DNA from: Fistulifera solaris
Lineage: Eukaryota
Length of the DNA stretch: 64,000 nt
Reading direction: 5' to 3'
Assembly (NCBI GenBank): GCA_030295235.1
Contig: AP026172.1
Location: 434,001-498,000, forward strand
Part shown: piece by piece, positions 10,728-23,609 of the stretch
Position numbering within the stretch: position 1 is the first letter of the stretch
How the letters are laid out: each line of letters starts with the position of its first letter
Made by a program: the position numbers and the translations under genes
Notes under the pieces: model-generated
What the model saw: only the letters and a program-made list of their open reading frames with translations
Told to the model about the DNA's origin: nothing
Database searches by the model: none

Positions 10728-12307
10728 TTACTCGATGCGACCAAAGCCAAGTCTGTCCGCAATGGTGAAATAATCGATTGCAGAGCGGTCTTCTACCTGT
10801 TCGGTACTATTGTTGTTGTTTGCATTACCAGGTTGAGGCTCACTTGCTTCACTATCCTCTTCTCCTTCATATGAGTTGTCGCTCGCTTCGTTATCTGAAT
10901 CAGAAAAATCATCTTTACTACAATCGTCTTTGTCGCCGGTTGTACCAGGCATAATTCCTTCTCGAATATTGTACTCAAAGATACTCCCTTCCGAAGTTGC
11001 GCATGTTGGTATCATCGCCACCATGGACTGCAACTTCCCACTCTTCGCTTGGATCGTCCTCTCCTTCTATCAGACGACAAAGGCCTGCGATGCGGTCTGT
11101 AACTTGTCGCTTTCGAGTGGGCAAAATAACAGAAACTTGTAGGATAGCCCACGAGCAAAATGTTTCGGCAGCGGCATTAAAGAGAGAAGAGTTTGGCCTG
11201 CTCGTAAAACAGGATTGGTCTTTCATTAACAGCACCGCCTTCTCCATACTTTGCAATATCTGGGTTAACATTAAAATCTCTTGGTCAATCTCTAATTCGT
11301 CAATAATGAGAGGATGAACTTGCTCGATAAACGGGATGCTACGAAGATCGGAAGCGTTTACACAGTCAGGGAAAGCCTTCATCAGAAGAATAGCCATTTC
11401 TTGCACGAGAGGTCGATTGCAAGACTTCGCTAGCATATGGATTGGCAGGGTTCCGCGACCCTCGCACTTGTTTGCGAATCAGACAAGGATGTTCGGCAAT
11501 TAAGAAACGACATATGTTCGCCATGTTAGCCGTGCACATACAAGGCAAACGCGCGTGATTCTGTTTGTTCGCCATTAAGTAGCAAACCTCATGTAGCACC
11601 GTATACCCCGTATTCCATTCGTGATAGATTGCCTTTGGGTACTGCTCTGCCATCCAGATCACGAGATCCGCAGGGGGCTCCGCGTTTCCTTCCAGAATTG
11701 CCGCTAGGGGATACTTGGGCTCCGAATCCAGTTTGCTTTTCTCCCGAAGCCCTTGGGGATATAATTCGTAAAATTTCCGTATTGTTCCCGCATCACAAAT
11801 ACCACTGTCGGTGTAGGAGCGTACCATGGCCAAATGCGGCGGCATGGTTCGACACTGTCTATGCTGAAGCACCCACGGATAGCGCTCCGCTACCCAAAGA
11901 AGTAGTTTCGAGCGACCGTTTTCGGCCAGCATGTTGATCGGTGCAGTTCTACCAAAGCCATCATCCGCACGATGGGCCCACAACAGCGCGTCTGGGTTTG
12001 TTTCAATCAGGAATCGAATTGTATCTTGACAGAAAAAATGTGTTTTTTCGATAAATACCTCCAGTAAGGACCATTTGAAAAAGTCTTTGAAAATAGTGCT
12101 TGCCAGTACGGGATGCGCCGTAACGGCTTCTGTCACGCGTTGATGCAAAACTGGGACAACAGCTAGCACGGAATCAATTGTGCGATTTTGATTGAAAAGT
12201 TCATAGGCTTCAACGAAGACGGCATAGAACGTTCGTCGCAAGTCTAGTGGCAATCGAGAATCGAGAAGAGGTTTCGACAACTCGGGCCTTTCGTTAGACA
12301 TGCTCAT
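10728..12307 (-). CDS. Ankyrin-repeat-like diatom hypothetical protein, tandem copy 2 (frameshifts near 11450 and 10985)
   Basis: ORFs 11366..12454, 10975..11436 and 10728..11033. It shares SKP.., FLIETNPDALLWA, YPWVLQH, RKFYELYPQGLRE, SCNRPLVQEM and FCSWA.LQVS with copy 1. Confidence 0.7.
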
Positions 12308-13399
12308 CACTTGCGAGCAACCATACCTGTTACCAGAATAATTTGTGATCAAAGAATGATGGATGATGGGATGATGGGCGGGTTTGCGGAAGATAATTAC
12401 GATGAAAGTATTAAGCAAAGGTGCAAGGCGAGGTGCGAGACATGCACTTAGCACACGTTTTTGACTTAAGCATGCAACTTACTTTCTCACCTAAGCAATC
12501 ATTCTGCTATACGCCTCGGTGTAGTCGAGATTTTCACCGAGTGGATTTTAGTCACGAGTCACCCGGGCTTCGCGCAGAGGCTTTTTTCGACGAAGAGCGA
12601 CGCGACGTTTTGTTCATTTTGCCATGATTTTGATGCGAGTAGCAAGCAAAGCTCACTTTCTCATGAGCAAATGACTATTTTGACACGAACCTAATTATTG
12701 GGGCCCTTCTCGCGCTATAAATGCGACGACTTCTTTGACAGGCTGCTATTCACTCGTATGCTGTGGTCCTTTCTCGTAATACACGGGGTCGCTGTGTCTT
12801 GGTGCAATAATGACACTTTTGTACGGATGAAATTCTCAATAATTCTTGCGATCAAAACATTGGAAAGAAGGTTTCACAATACCACGGCCAAACTTCAACA
12901 GAATCATCGCTCATGTTGTTGTCGGCTTGTCGTTTAAATTAGACGCCCAGCGTCTCTCTTGGTTGACGCGCAAACGGAACGATGAACGAGGCAGTAATAA
13001 GTGCCCAAGCAGAGCTTATAAAGGTAATGCGATGAGGAGAAACGAGGTGCGAAACGTCGACTCAAGATTCGTGGACGACTTAGAGCACGCTAGAATGAGA
13101 AGTCCATTCTGGAAGCAAGTGGCGGAAAGATGGGGCTTGGGTATAAAGGATAAAGCGACTGAAGCAGCGAGAGAACAAAAAGTCAACAATTGCATTTGGT
13201 ACTCGGGAAAACGAAGAAAGACTTGAAAAGAGCAACAAACACAACAACCTACCGCTTTATAGAAGAATTTTGTGTATTCACTGAATGGATCAAACTGCAA
13301 AAGTGTATCGACATAGACTAATGTTTTGTCGGTTACAAATAATTTACGGCCACTGTCGACGAACAGAGAAGAGTATAGCATATCCGCCCGGAGTCACAG

Positions 13400-14137
13400 T
13401 CATGTTTTGTTTGCTAGGCTTCATAAGAATTTTGTTCTCTTTCCAAAGTTGGACACAATATCTGCACGGTACACTGCTTCAGGGTACTGCTCTTCCATCC
13501 AGAGAAGAGATCGGCATGAGGTTCCGCGGACCCCGTAAAGAGTGCCGCCAGGGAATATGGAGCGAAGGTTTAAATTTACGTTTTCTCCCGAAGTTTTTGT
13601 GGATAAATTTCAGAAAACCCGCGAACCGTTTCCTGATCGCAATCACCATCGTTGGAGAAGCAGTAAATCATTTCCAGATGAGGCGGATTCTTTTGACAGA
13701 GTTTGTGCTCCAACACCCAAGGATAGCGCTCCGTGATCCATGGTAGCAAGTGACAGCGACCGCTTTCGGTGCAGTCCTTATGAAGCCGTCGGAATCGCTG
13801 ATGTGCCCACAAAAGCGAATGTGGATTCATCTCGATCAGAAACTGGATCGTGTCGGGACATGAATGATGAGTTTTGGCGCAGAAAACTACTTCTAACAAA
13901 GACCATTTGCGAGCACTCGTAAACACAAAGCTCGCAAGGATGGGATTCGCCGCAACTTGTTCTTTGATGTATCAATGCAATAGAGCAGCGGCAGCTTTCA
14001 AATCGCCATCTTGACGCATTGCGAAAAGGTTGAAGGCTGCGACAAACAATGCGTGAAACTTTTGTCGCAAAACGTGTGACTTTAGTATCGAGCACAGGTT
14101 TGGACAAGTCGCCCATTTCGGAGGACATGCTGAACAT
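13400..14137 (-). pseudogene. Truncated and frameshifted copy 3 of the ankyrin-like family
   Basis: Fragments MSSEMGDLSKPVLD, KWSLLEVVF, FLIEMNPHSLLWA and YPWVLEHKLCQKNPPHL lie in different frames. Similarity degrades after the GSAEP.ADLF/EQYPEAVY region and the C-terminal half is absent. Confidence 0.65.
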
Positions 14138-14623
14138 TTAATAGCAACGGCGATAACGAGTTCTCGCACGAAAGGAAGATGAATGAGAATTTGCTGAAGT
14201 TCTCACGAAAATCAGATATATTTTGCACAAAGAACGAAAGTTCATGAATCCTCATCGTACGCATTGTTCATGGCTTAGATGCCGTCGTGTTGAAAAGCTG
14301 CCTGCAGACCTATACAATTTGCCACTGATTTGGCCACTGCTTTAATGGGAATCATCATCATTGGAAAAGTTTTCTTGTAAGCTTTACTTTTGTCGCTTGC
14401 TTTATCGCCAAAAACGTAACCAGCTTTGAACGAAGATAAAGTCCTCCACCAAGTTACAAGTGGACTGCTCCGAAAGGAATTGGGTGTAAATGTAATCACT
14501 ACAGGAGAACCCACTTTTGAAATGGACTAGATTAAGAAGAAGTGGTCGATTAGGAATTACGGAGTAGTAGCATTACCGAGATGTCATTGTAGTCGGCGTG
14601 CTGCTGCTGCTCGCGTTGTCAGC

Positions 14624-16186
14624 TTAAAGGAAGGATCGTCCAAGTTGAATCACTACAAAGCCGCGATCTTGGCTTCGGAGCCCGAATGAGCGACTCTCAT
14701 TGTTGTCTTCTTCCTCATCATCGATGTCATCGGATACGTCGACTTCTTCTTCACTCTCCCGATTCAAACGCACTATCTTCATCCCAGTCATCTTCGTCTT
14801 CGGACGCTGTCTGACGATGGGCCCTCTTCATTTGCACCTTCAGGTGAAAATGCTTCACCTCCGTCTTCGTCATCCGCATCTTCCTCCCACTCCCTCGTCG
14901 GGAACGTCCTCACCTTCTAAGAGTCGACAAACGTCCGCAATGCTCTCCTGAATTCTTTTTTGGCGAGCTTGTAAAACATCGGAAACTTGGACATTTGCCC
15001 AAGAACAGAAGACACCCGCAACCGACTCAAAGAGGCAATTGTTTGATTTCGGACGCGTCGGTCCTTGGGTCCCATTGGAAGTTTTCTTCAACAATGTCAC
15101 CGCTTTCTCCATATCTTGCGATAACTGGGTAAGATGGTCGATTTGTTGATCAATGTCCATTTCCTTGACAATGAGTGGGTGGATCTTCTCGATGAAAGGC
15201 ACTGTAGGAAGATCGGGGTCCCATTTGTACGACTTCGCTGATGGACTCGGGATACGCTTTCAACAGAACAATCACCATTTCCTGTACAAGGCGCCGGTTA
15301 CACGAATTCGCTAATTCGTGAATTGGCAAAGGCCCCCCTCCGCTGTACTTTTTTGGCGAATGAGACGAGGGATGTTCGAAATGAGAAAGCGGCAGATTTT
15401 CGCCATGTTTGGCTGCATTCACTTGAGAGGCACGGATTCCCAATCATTTTCTTTTGGCGGCAAGATTATAACAAGCTATGCAACACTGTATACCCCCGAA
15501 TCGGCTTGTGGTACACTGCTTTTGGGAACTGCTCTGCCATCCAGATAAAAAGATCTACGTCAGGTTCCTCCATGCCACTCAGGCTAGCCGCCAAAGGGTA
15601 TTTTGACGTTTGGTCTGCTTTGTCTTTTTCTCGGAGCCCTTGTGGGTAAAGTTCGTGAAAACGCCCGAACCGTCTCTGCATCGCATCTTCCATCAGTATA
15701 ATATTGCACCATTTTCAGATGAGGTGGTTTCTTTTGACACAACTTGTGTTGAAAGACCCATGGATAGCCTCCGCGATCCAGTGAAGCAACTTGCAGCGAC
15801 CGTTTTCGGGGGATCAAGTAAATGGGCTTAACTTTGCCGTAGCCATCGATATCCTTGCGAGCATAAAGCAAGCAATACGGATTGATCTCGATGAGAAATT
15901 TGATGGTTTCCTGACAAGCCCAGTAGGTCATTTCGCGAGATAACTTCCAATAGCGACCATTAAAGAAACTCTTTGTAAAAGACGGTGGTAAGGATCGGAT
16001 TGGCTGTAACTTCTTCTTTGATATGCTGATGGAAGACTGTAGCAGCGGCCTGTACAGAATCGACATCTGGGTTTACATTGAATAGATCGTAGGCTTCGGA
16101 AAAAGGGCATCGAACTTTTCCTTCAAATCAGGAGACAGTTTTGTGTCGAAGATTGGCTTGAAGAAATCGAGTGCTTGGTCGGACAT
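14624..16186 (-). pseudogene. Copy 4 of the ankyrin-like family; full length but with many frameshifts (pseudogene or poorly polished CDS)
   Basis: Fragments MSDQALDFFKPIFD, FLIEINPYCLLYA, YPQGLREK, LPIHELANSCNRRLVQEM, FCSWANVQVS and an acidic tail are spread over six or more ORFs. The final stop is at 14624-14626. Confidence 0.55.
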
Positions 16187-16644
16187 GTTTGATTCTCCGT
16201 AACAAATGATGATGAAGGTCACGTGTATGAAACAAAAATGACGGCAGACCCTCGTAAGGATTATCCAGGATGTAAGGAAAAGCGATCTCAATGATAAAGA
16301 ATTGAAACGCGGCCATCGTTTTTGCCTCAAAGCTGCAGCAAAGAAAACAGTCGTTTTCTATTTAAAAATAAACGTGACGCGCCGGGCGCCGGGCGGTACC
16401 AGGTAGTGCCTAAAAAACACTCTCTAAAAAGCGCTGTCTTACCGGCATTATTGATGGTTTCTTCATTGTCGCAACGGGCTAAAATCCGCCCAACAGCAAA
16501 CAGCGACGTTTTGCTATTCGATAACCACCATGGTGACCCATTGTCACTTTCACAGGAAAATAACAACAAATACTCTGTAATAAATACTACATCTATTAAG
16601 CACGTACTAAATTATATCTCCTCCAAGCACAGAACAGAATAGAA

Positions 16645-17343
16645 ATGATATCGTTTATTCTGATGGTGTAAGTACACAAGGAGCTTGGTACCGCAGCCCG
16701 CAGGACGACTCCTCGGCAGTCGTTGCCGCGCCTTCTCGTCTCCGCATCGCTGATTTATTTTGAATGCAAGTGACTAACTATCCTTACTTCTTTCTCAGAA
16801 ACAAGCAAGGCCAAACGCGCTTTTCGTCCTATTATGAATGGATCTCGATTGATGAACGATCGGCACTCGAATCCGAAATCATTCGGAAATGTTTGAGTCG
16901 TTCGGAACTGCAGTGCTCCTTTTGGAATACCGTGGATACAAGGTCATTTACCGTCGGTACGCGAGTCTTTTCTTTATTGTGGGGACGAAACCGGATCCTT
17001 TCAGCGGGAGAAGGAGCGGAAAATAATGAAAATGAATTGGGTATGCTGGAATTCATTCATGCCGTGGTCGAGGTGCGTTGAGAATTCGCGTACGGAAGAG
17101 GAGGACTACTCGAAACGATGCGTCTCACTTTATCTCTTCTTTCTCACCGACTCTTAGTGCTTGGACAAGTGGGCGGGTTCCATCTGTGAACTCGATATCA
17201 TGTATCAACTCGAAGAAGTGCATTTTGTCGTCGATGAAATGGTGCAGAATGGATACATTGTGGAGACCAACAAGGTCAATATTTTGCGACCCATTGCTCT
17301 CATGGAACGGGAAAGTCAGAAATCGGATGCTATGTTCCGATAA
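16645..17343 (+). CDS. AP4S1: AP-4 adaptor complex small subunit sigma; introns 16668..16798 and 17073..17157, plus homopolymer indels
   Basis: Spliced translation: MISFILMV|NKQGQTRFSSYY...EIIRKCLSRSELQCSF.EYRGYKVIYRRYASLFFIVG...NELGMLEFIHAVVE|CLDKWAGSICELDIMYQLEEVHFVVDEMVQNGYIVETNK. The NKQGQTR and CLSR..QCSF motifs match sigma-4. Confidence 0.85.
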
Positions 17344-17482
17344 GATGAGTATTAGGAATGATTGTCGATAGCTATAAGACGATAATTCGAGGTACTGAAA
17401 GTCCGACTGCGTACAAGTAATTAGAACCGGATAGTCGATCGGCTTACTACGAAATAAATCATGTGCGGCTCGCCATTCCTTA

Positions 17483-18547
17483 TTAGCGTGATGATTTGTG
17501 AAGGGTTTCCAGCACGGCACGTTCGGCGGCTGTCGCCGTCTGCAACCTATGTTTGATGCATTCTCGTACGGACGCTGGCAAAGTGCGAGTCGAACACAAC
17601 ACAACTTGACAATCTTGTCGTTCCAGTTTGGCGTGATCGACACGAAATGGTTTCAAATCATTGCGTTGCAATGACTTTGTCAGTACAGACCCACGTTTCA
17701 TGGGATCGAAAGCGAGCAAATGATGAAAAAGCGTTCCATTCGCCTGCGTTTCGACTTCATACCCCACAACGCACACCGAATGTCCCTTCCATTGCAAATA
17801 GAGAGGTGGAATATCACACTTACAGCTGCTTTCTGGTTGCGATGATTTCTTACTCATCTCCGTTTCCTGCAGTAAATGTCGGACCAACTCCAGACTAGAA
17901 CACGGATTGGTTGAATCATCATGACAATGGCAATAGTGGCGCTGAAAGTAGGTAACACAAAATGGCATCAGTTGTCGTCGTGACGCCGCACACCGAATGA
18001 ATTGCACGACCGTCGCATCTATACCCCCAAAAGCTAAGACACTGGCCACTTCGACCGCTCCAATCCACACAGCTTTCCCGACAATTTTCAATCGATAATG
18101 CTGGCCACCATCGGCATCAAATCCTTCGTTCCAAGCGGCTTCCATGGACTGCTGCCATTGTAAAACGGAAGGTATTTCGTAACTACTCGATAGTGGGGTA
18201 GTATACTGCAGAAAGGAATGGTCCTTTGGCAAATAAGGTATCATGAACGTCATTATCATTTGCAGATTGCGGAAACCACAACTCCATTTGTCATTCTGTT
18301 GGATATGAAAAGGATAAAATGATGGTTGCGTCACACAGCATCGAACTTGCGGCATTCGCATCAGTAGTTCCATCAAACCTTCGGTCACGACACAATCATC
18401 ATTGAGATACAGAAGGACTTCCCGACGTCGTCGTCGTTTGGATGGCGGTGATGTTGGTGGAGATGATAAAGTAGTTCGAGGACGTTTAGATCGGCGCATT
18501 TCACTCTCGTCGTCACTGGAAAGGACGATGACTTCGGGTGTGCTCAT
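17483..18547 (-). CDS. Peptidase C78 family cysteine protease (ZUFSP/ZUP1/Mug105-like deubiquitinase)
   Basis: Catalytic motifs DKWSCGFRNLQM (Cys), LYLQWKGHSVCVVG (His) and LLAFDP (Asp), plus AWNEGFD..G and WIGAVE. Confidence 0.8.
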   Translation of the reverse strand: MSTPEVIVLSSDDESEMRRSKRPRTTLSSPPTSPPSKRRRRREVLLYLNDDCVVTEGLMELLMRMPQVRCCVTQPSFYPFHIQQNDKWSCGFRNLQMIMTFMIPYLPKDHSFLQYTTPLSSSYEIPSVLQWQQSMEAAWNEGFDADGGQHYRLKIVGKAVWIGAVEVASVLAFGGIDATVVQFIRCAASRRQLMPFCVTYFQRHYCHCHDDSTNPCSSLELVRHLLQETEMSKKSSQPESSCKCDIPPLYLQWKGHSVCVVGYEVETQANGTLFHHLLAFDPMKRGSVLTKSLQRNDLKPFRVDHAKLERQDCQVVLCSTRTLPASVRECIKHRLQTATAAERAVLETLHKSSR

Positions 18548-19052
18548 TTCTCGTTCTTCCTTTCAATCAGCCTACTTTTAAATTAAGGATTGAAAGCTTT
18601 TTTATCAATGTTGAGGAAGATGATGATCGAAATCAAATCATTCCCCGTTCATCGTCGTTGCTTGTCCATGGTCTGTATTTTTCAATAGATAAGCTTGGCA
18701 ACATTTAAATCTATAGTGTCAATTTTTCATTATTTTTTAATGGATAAACTCCTTTATTGAATACCGGACTCTTACTACGGAGTAACAAATGTAATACTAG
18801 AGAGTACAAATATGTATTCCAAAAGAAGCCTCCATTGCATTGCAGTACAGTTTGCAGTCTGTACGTGATGCGCTAGTGGCAAGTGGCAACACCATCCTTT
18901 TTTCGGTGAAAGACTTTTTATTTCTCCGTAAAAAAATTGTATTTACCCGTAGTTTTTTTTTAGAATAACCGGCGAATAAAGAATCATCGATCATCGGATA
19001 AGAAGATCTTTCCAGTCTCTCTTTTCTCCTTCTATTATTCAAAGATACCAGA

Positions 19053-20529
19053 ATGGAAGAACTCCTCGACGCCGTCGATGCTTTGGCCCGTGTCAATCGT
19101 CCCGAACTCTTCGATGCCTTAACGGTTCCGGAAGAAGTCAGTCCTTTACTGGATCCTTTTACGTACATGGACTTAAAGGATGATTCTATCAAAGGGGAAA
19201 GGATGGTTTGCTACGCAAAATCTTCCGGCGGGGACACGTTTGTTGGTCGCTAAACCCATTGCGGCCGTCTTGCACTGGGAAGATGAGCCGCCCGAGTCGA
19301 ATAATCCAGATGAAATGGAAGCTGGAGATGATGACGACGACGACGACGACGACGAGAATGATGAAGACGATGACGACGAAGCACTCTTTTCGGGACCGGA
19401 ACCCGAACCGCGCATTAATGAACTGCTCTTGGTCGATTTATTGGAAGAATTACTCGACAACAAAGAATTGTGGTTCAACACCTTGACACAACTATTTCCA
19501 CGTACAAATGAAGAGCTGGCGGCCTTGCCGGCCTGGGTGTGTCCGGACGATGCCATGTTTATGGAAGTCGAATCCTTGCTCGAACAACTTAAATTAGTAC
19601 TACCGGCCGAAACAGTCACGGAAATTTCCAAGCGATTGCCACATATTGTGCGTTACAATATCTTGTCGATGGAAACGTGTTCCGAATTGTTGAGTTATCC
19701 CGGTCCCGACGGACATTCGTCCCTGGCCGGGGTGGCACTCTATCATTATCCTTCCTTTTTCAATCATTCCTCACGACCCAATGTCAATCGATGGGCGCTC
19801 GGAGATCTCATGTTCTTTGTCACCAATCAAGACGTCACGGCGGGGCAAGAGCTGTGTATCAGTTATTTGGAACATGATGTATTGTGCGAATCGCCGTATC
19901 GACGCAATTCTATGTTGCGAATGGATTTTCAAGATGGTGGTGAAGAAGAGAACACACATGGACGTCAAGTTGATGTGGAAGAAGGGCCCGACATGCCGGT
20001 AGTTGATACCGATGTACAGAATGAGCTCATGGGCATGAATCCGTTAGAACGCATCGATGCTATTGATGAACTGTTACAACAGGCACTGGGAGAAAAAGGA
20101 CCAGCATCGGAAACCATGGAATTGTCCGACCGCCCTGGATGGTTCCGATGTGATGTACACAATTTACAAATTTTGAAAGCTATTACTCTCGATGCGGTGG
20201 GACAAAGTGGAAAAGCACTCGAACTGTGGGATCAGGCAGTATTGTTTACCGAAACGTGTTTACCGCCGGCCGATGAATCCGGTGTCATGATACGTACCCA
20301 GGCGGCACTATCGGCCTTACAGACAGGAGATTGGCAACGTGCGAAACAGCATGCGGAAATAGCTCTGCGTACCCACGATCTAGTGTTTGGGGGCGGTGTC
20401 CGTTTCTTCCGACGTCGCTACCGACACGATTTTGCTCTGAAGCTCCGTCCGGCACCCAGTGGTGCGGCGGCCGATTTGTTGCAAGGGAAACCTCCCTTTG
20501 AATTGCTTTGGCCCCTGGAATCGTCATGA
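19053..20529 (+). CDS. SET-domain (SMYD-like) lysine methyltransferase; frameshift near 19200
   Basis: KGKGWFATQNLPAGT, ALYHYPSFFNHSSRPNV and GQELCISYL motifs, with a helical TPR-like C-terminus. Confidence 0.8.
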
Positions 20530-20651
20530 ACTTTTGTGTAAAGGGATGGCACGGAGTGTGTGCGTGTCACTCTACGGATTCTTTCTCTGTTACCAGGATA
20601 AAAATGATACATTTCGTTATTGTATAGACATCAGTACAAGTTGCTCGTTCT

Positions 20652-21943
20652 CTATTCATCTTCTTCTTTTAACATCGTCTCTGCAATATATTTAGCGGTC
20701 TCGTGGGATTGAGGAACACCTTCGCCATTCACATAACAAGCCACCACGTTTCTCCAGCCCTCTTTGCTACCTAGCTCACCGGCTTGTTGATACAACAAAA
20801 ACGCCCGTCGTTGGTCTTGTTCCACACCCGGATGAGGTTGATGAAGGATTGCCCCCGCGGATATAGCCGCATCGGCATGACCCAATTCTGCGGCAGTTAA
20901 AAAAGTCCTGGAGGGCGCGTGTATAGTCCACTGGGTACGGTGGAGTGTCACCACAATAGAACGAATGACCTCGCAAGAATAAGGCTTCGGCATCTCCCGC
21001 ATCCACGGCCGCATCGAGCCGTTTAGCAAACTCCTGGGGATTACAGGGCGGAATGCCAAGTTCTTCGTTACCGTTCAAGTAGAAAATAGACAGGTAGTAA
21101 AGTGCTCCAGGATGATGGAGAGAAGCAGCTCGCTCGATGAACTCGAGACCCATCTTCTTGCGTTCGCTGCGTGTCACTGTCTGTACTACTTCATTGTTGT
21201 CGTCTTCCTCTGACAAAAGCACCACCCCTAAAAAAGTACATGGAATCAGTATCCCCTAAATCGATGGCTTTTTGAAACGAGCCCAGTGCTAATTTCGGAT
21301 TGGGGACGAGAATGGGTGTTTGGTTGGATGTAAAACCCGTCCACACTAAATTTCCGTGATTGAAACATCCTTCCTTGGATCCCAAGCGACAGGCCTTATC
21401 ATAATAACCCAAAATGCGGTTTATTTCATCACGAATCACTTCCGTGTCGATGATTGTTGTTTCCGATATGGTATCGAGAGACAGATTCGCCAACCGCACC
21501 AGGGCTTCGGGATGTTCATGAGTTTCTGCGGCTTCTTGGAGCAACGCGGTAGCTCTCTGTTCCCACCATTGAATATCCTTCGATTCATTATCGTCATTCG
21601 ATTTGTTGGCTTGTTTGACGATCGTCTTGATGACAGCGACACCTGTGGATTTGCTATTCTTGGCACGTTGTGAAGATTTTTGCCAGGCCCGGTACAATTC
21701 TTCCGATCGTTTCTTTTCATTTTCTTCCTTAAGCGTTCGTATCCTTTCCTCCGCTTGCAGATATTCATGAAACACAATGTCACCTGAATTGCTAGAATAA
21801 GCAACCGACGACGGGCTGCCGCTGGCGAGCGATTGGGTGTTGAGCCGATGGATGCCGTGATGAAACAATGAGCCTCGGGCAGGAAGAAGATACGATTGAG
21901 ACACAGCAGGCCGCAAGTAGCGGGAAAGACATCGCCTTGACAT
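20652..21943 (-). CDS. Sel1-like repeat protein, probably mitochondrial; frameshifts near 21230 and 20900
   Basis: Repeats include KACRLGSKEGCFNHG, KAIDLGDTDSMY, AAELGHADAAISAG and AGELGSKEGWRNVVACYVNGEGVPQS. The N-terminus is Arg/Ser-rich like a presequence. Confidence 0.75.
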
Positions 21944-22611
21944 GACTATGAAACACTATTCTGAGGATTCTTTTTTTTTTAATGATTCGTTCATTATTCA
22001 TCATGCATCGCATTCATTTTGACGAATGGAATGAGGTGAAAAACAGTGGAAAATGGAATCGACATCAAATAAGGCTAGGGCTATCCTGGCTAGCTCTCTT
22101 ACTAAGGTTATAAAGGAGGTTGGACAAAGGCGGAGGTATTCAATTGGTTCTAGAAACTAGTCTATAGCAATCGAGAAATGTTTTTGGCTGCGTACAACCA
22201 GTTACAACAATCAAGGGGTACATTACAACACGCTGATACAATTTTGAGAAGGAAGCTATAAGTAGTGACAAACTTAGGTCGAGGTTCTCATTTCGAAGAT
22301 GACCATTCCATCGTATACCTTCTGACAAAACTACGAAATATGTTTTCTCGATGTTAACGAATACTAGTGAAATAATCAAAGTACCCAAGATTTTTAGTTT
22401 CAACTTCATTTACAACTGAATATCTTACTTCCTAATCTTTAACAGACTCTCACACAATCGGGTGACAACCGAAGTACTTCACCAACACCAACAGTGATTT
22501 CCGTTTTCTTTTGAAACAGATTCCCTTTTCGTTGCCGACAAACTGATCCAAACGTAGTTTCTTCGGTCATACCTTCCCTTTCGCGGCAAACCTTACACAA
22601 TAACTTTCTTA

Positions 22612-23013
22612 CTAAAAGAAATTATAATGCTTTTGCACCGCCTCGGTGACATCCCACGTACAGGACATACCGGCCGGAAAGGTGACAAAGTCGCCTTTCC
22701 CAAAGGTTACCGATTTACGTCCGTCGGTGGGTGTTACCGTCACGCGACCCTTCAACACGTAACAACTTTCACTTTCCTCATACGTCCAAGGGAATTTCGA
22801 AACGCCGCAACCCCACGTGGGCCAGGTAAATACGCCTTTCTTTTCCAAAAAGTCCGAATCGGGTTGATACACCACTTCAATTTCTTGTTGTGTCGTGGAC
22901 ATGAGGGAAGAAGGAATGACCGACGGTTGGAGGATCACAAAGGAGGATGCCGATTGGAGGAAGGCGAAAAGGAATGAAAACAGTGTCTTGTAGAGGAAGA
23001 GAAGCCGGGGCAT
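22612..23013 (-). CDS. Small cupin (DUF861/Cupin_3), plastid-targeted
   Basis: GVFTWPTWGC..SKFPWTY...ESCYVLKGRVTV...GDFVTFPAGMSCTWDV...KHY. The signal peptide is followed by ASS-FV, an ASAF-like motif. Confidence 0.85.
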   Translation of the reverse strand: MPRLLFLYKTLFSFLFAFLQSASSFVILQPSVIPSSLMSTTQQEIEVVYQPDSDFLEKKGVFTWPTWGCGVSKFPWTYEESESCYVLKGRVTVTPTDGRKSVTFGKGDFVTFPAGMSCTWDVTEAVQKHYNFF

Positions 23014-23609
23014 GGTCCAGAGAGTGGCTTGACACCGTTAAGTGTGCAATGCAACTACAATGAATGTTATTGTTGAGCGAAACTGGCGCAAAAGACAAGG
23101 AAACAGCGTTAAAATTCTGCCTCGTCGTAGACGCTACGTAGAATCTTGTACTGGGAGGCAGAATTTTAACGACCTTCCAAGATCTCGATCATCGTTGCGT
23201 CTCGTCGCGGAAAGGCGTTTCGGACGGGAAAGGCGCGGGGTCCGTTTCGGCTGACGTACACTTCAAAAACCGCTTAAGGTTCGAGCTATATTGCGGGACT
23301 CATCGATGTTGTTGGGTCAGGTATTGTGTCGTTGTGCACACAACAGACCTATATCTCGAGTGCCGGTTACAGTGATCAAGATTTATCGGAAGAAAATTGC
23401 ACAATAAAGGAACAGTGACGGAGTTCCTACACTTCACGCTATTGTACCTCCGTCGATCGGACAGCCATTGGAGGAGACGCAAATTTTTTTTCGATGTTCG
23501 CTTTATTTGCATGTTGACAAAAGAGTCTCTTTTATCCAATTCACACCATCCTTAGGGAATCCGGCGCATTGCAAACTCTTCTTTTCATTGAGTTTTAAAA
23601 TAGAATACC

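Noticed and set aside
14275..14514. 79-aa minus-strand ORF between paralog copies 3 and 4
   Set aside because: Short, non-ATG start and no recognisable family, so it cannot be supported as a gene.
8898..16186. Transposon or endogenous virus origin of the paralog array
   Set aside because: No transposase, reverse transcriptase, integrase or capsid motifs, and no LTRs or long terminal inverted repeats were seen.
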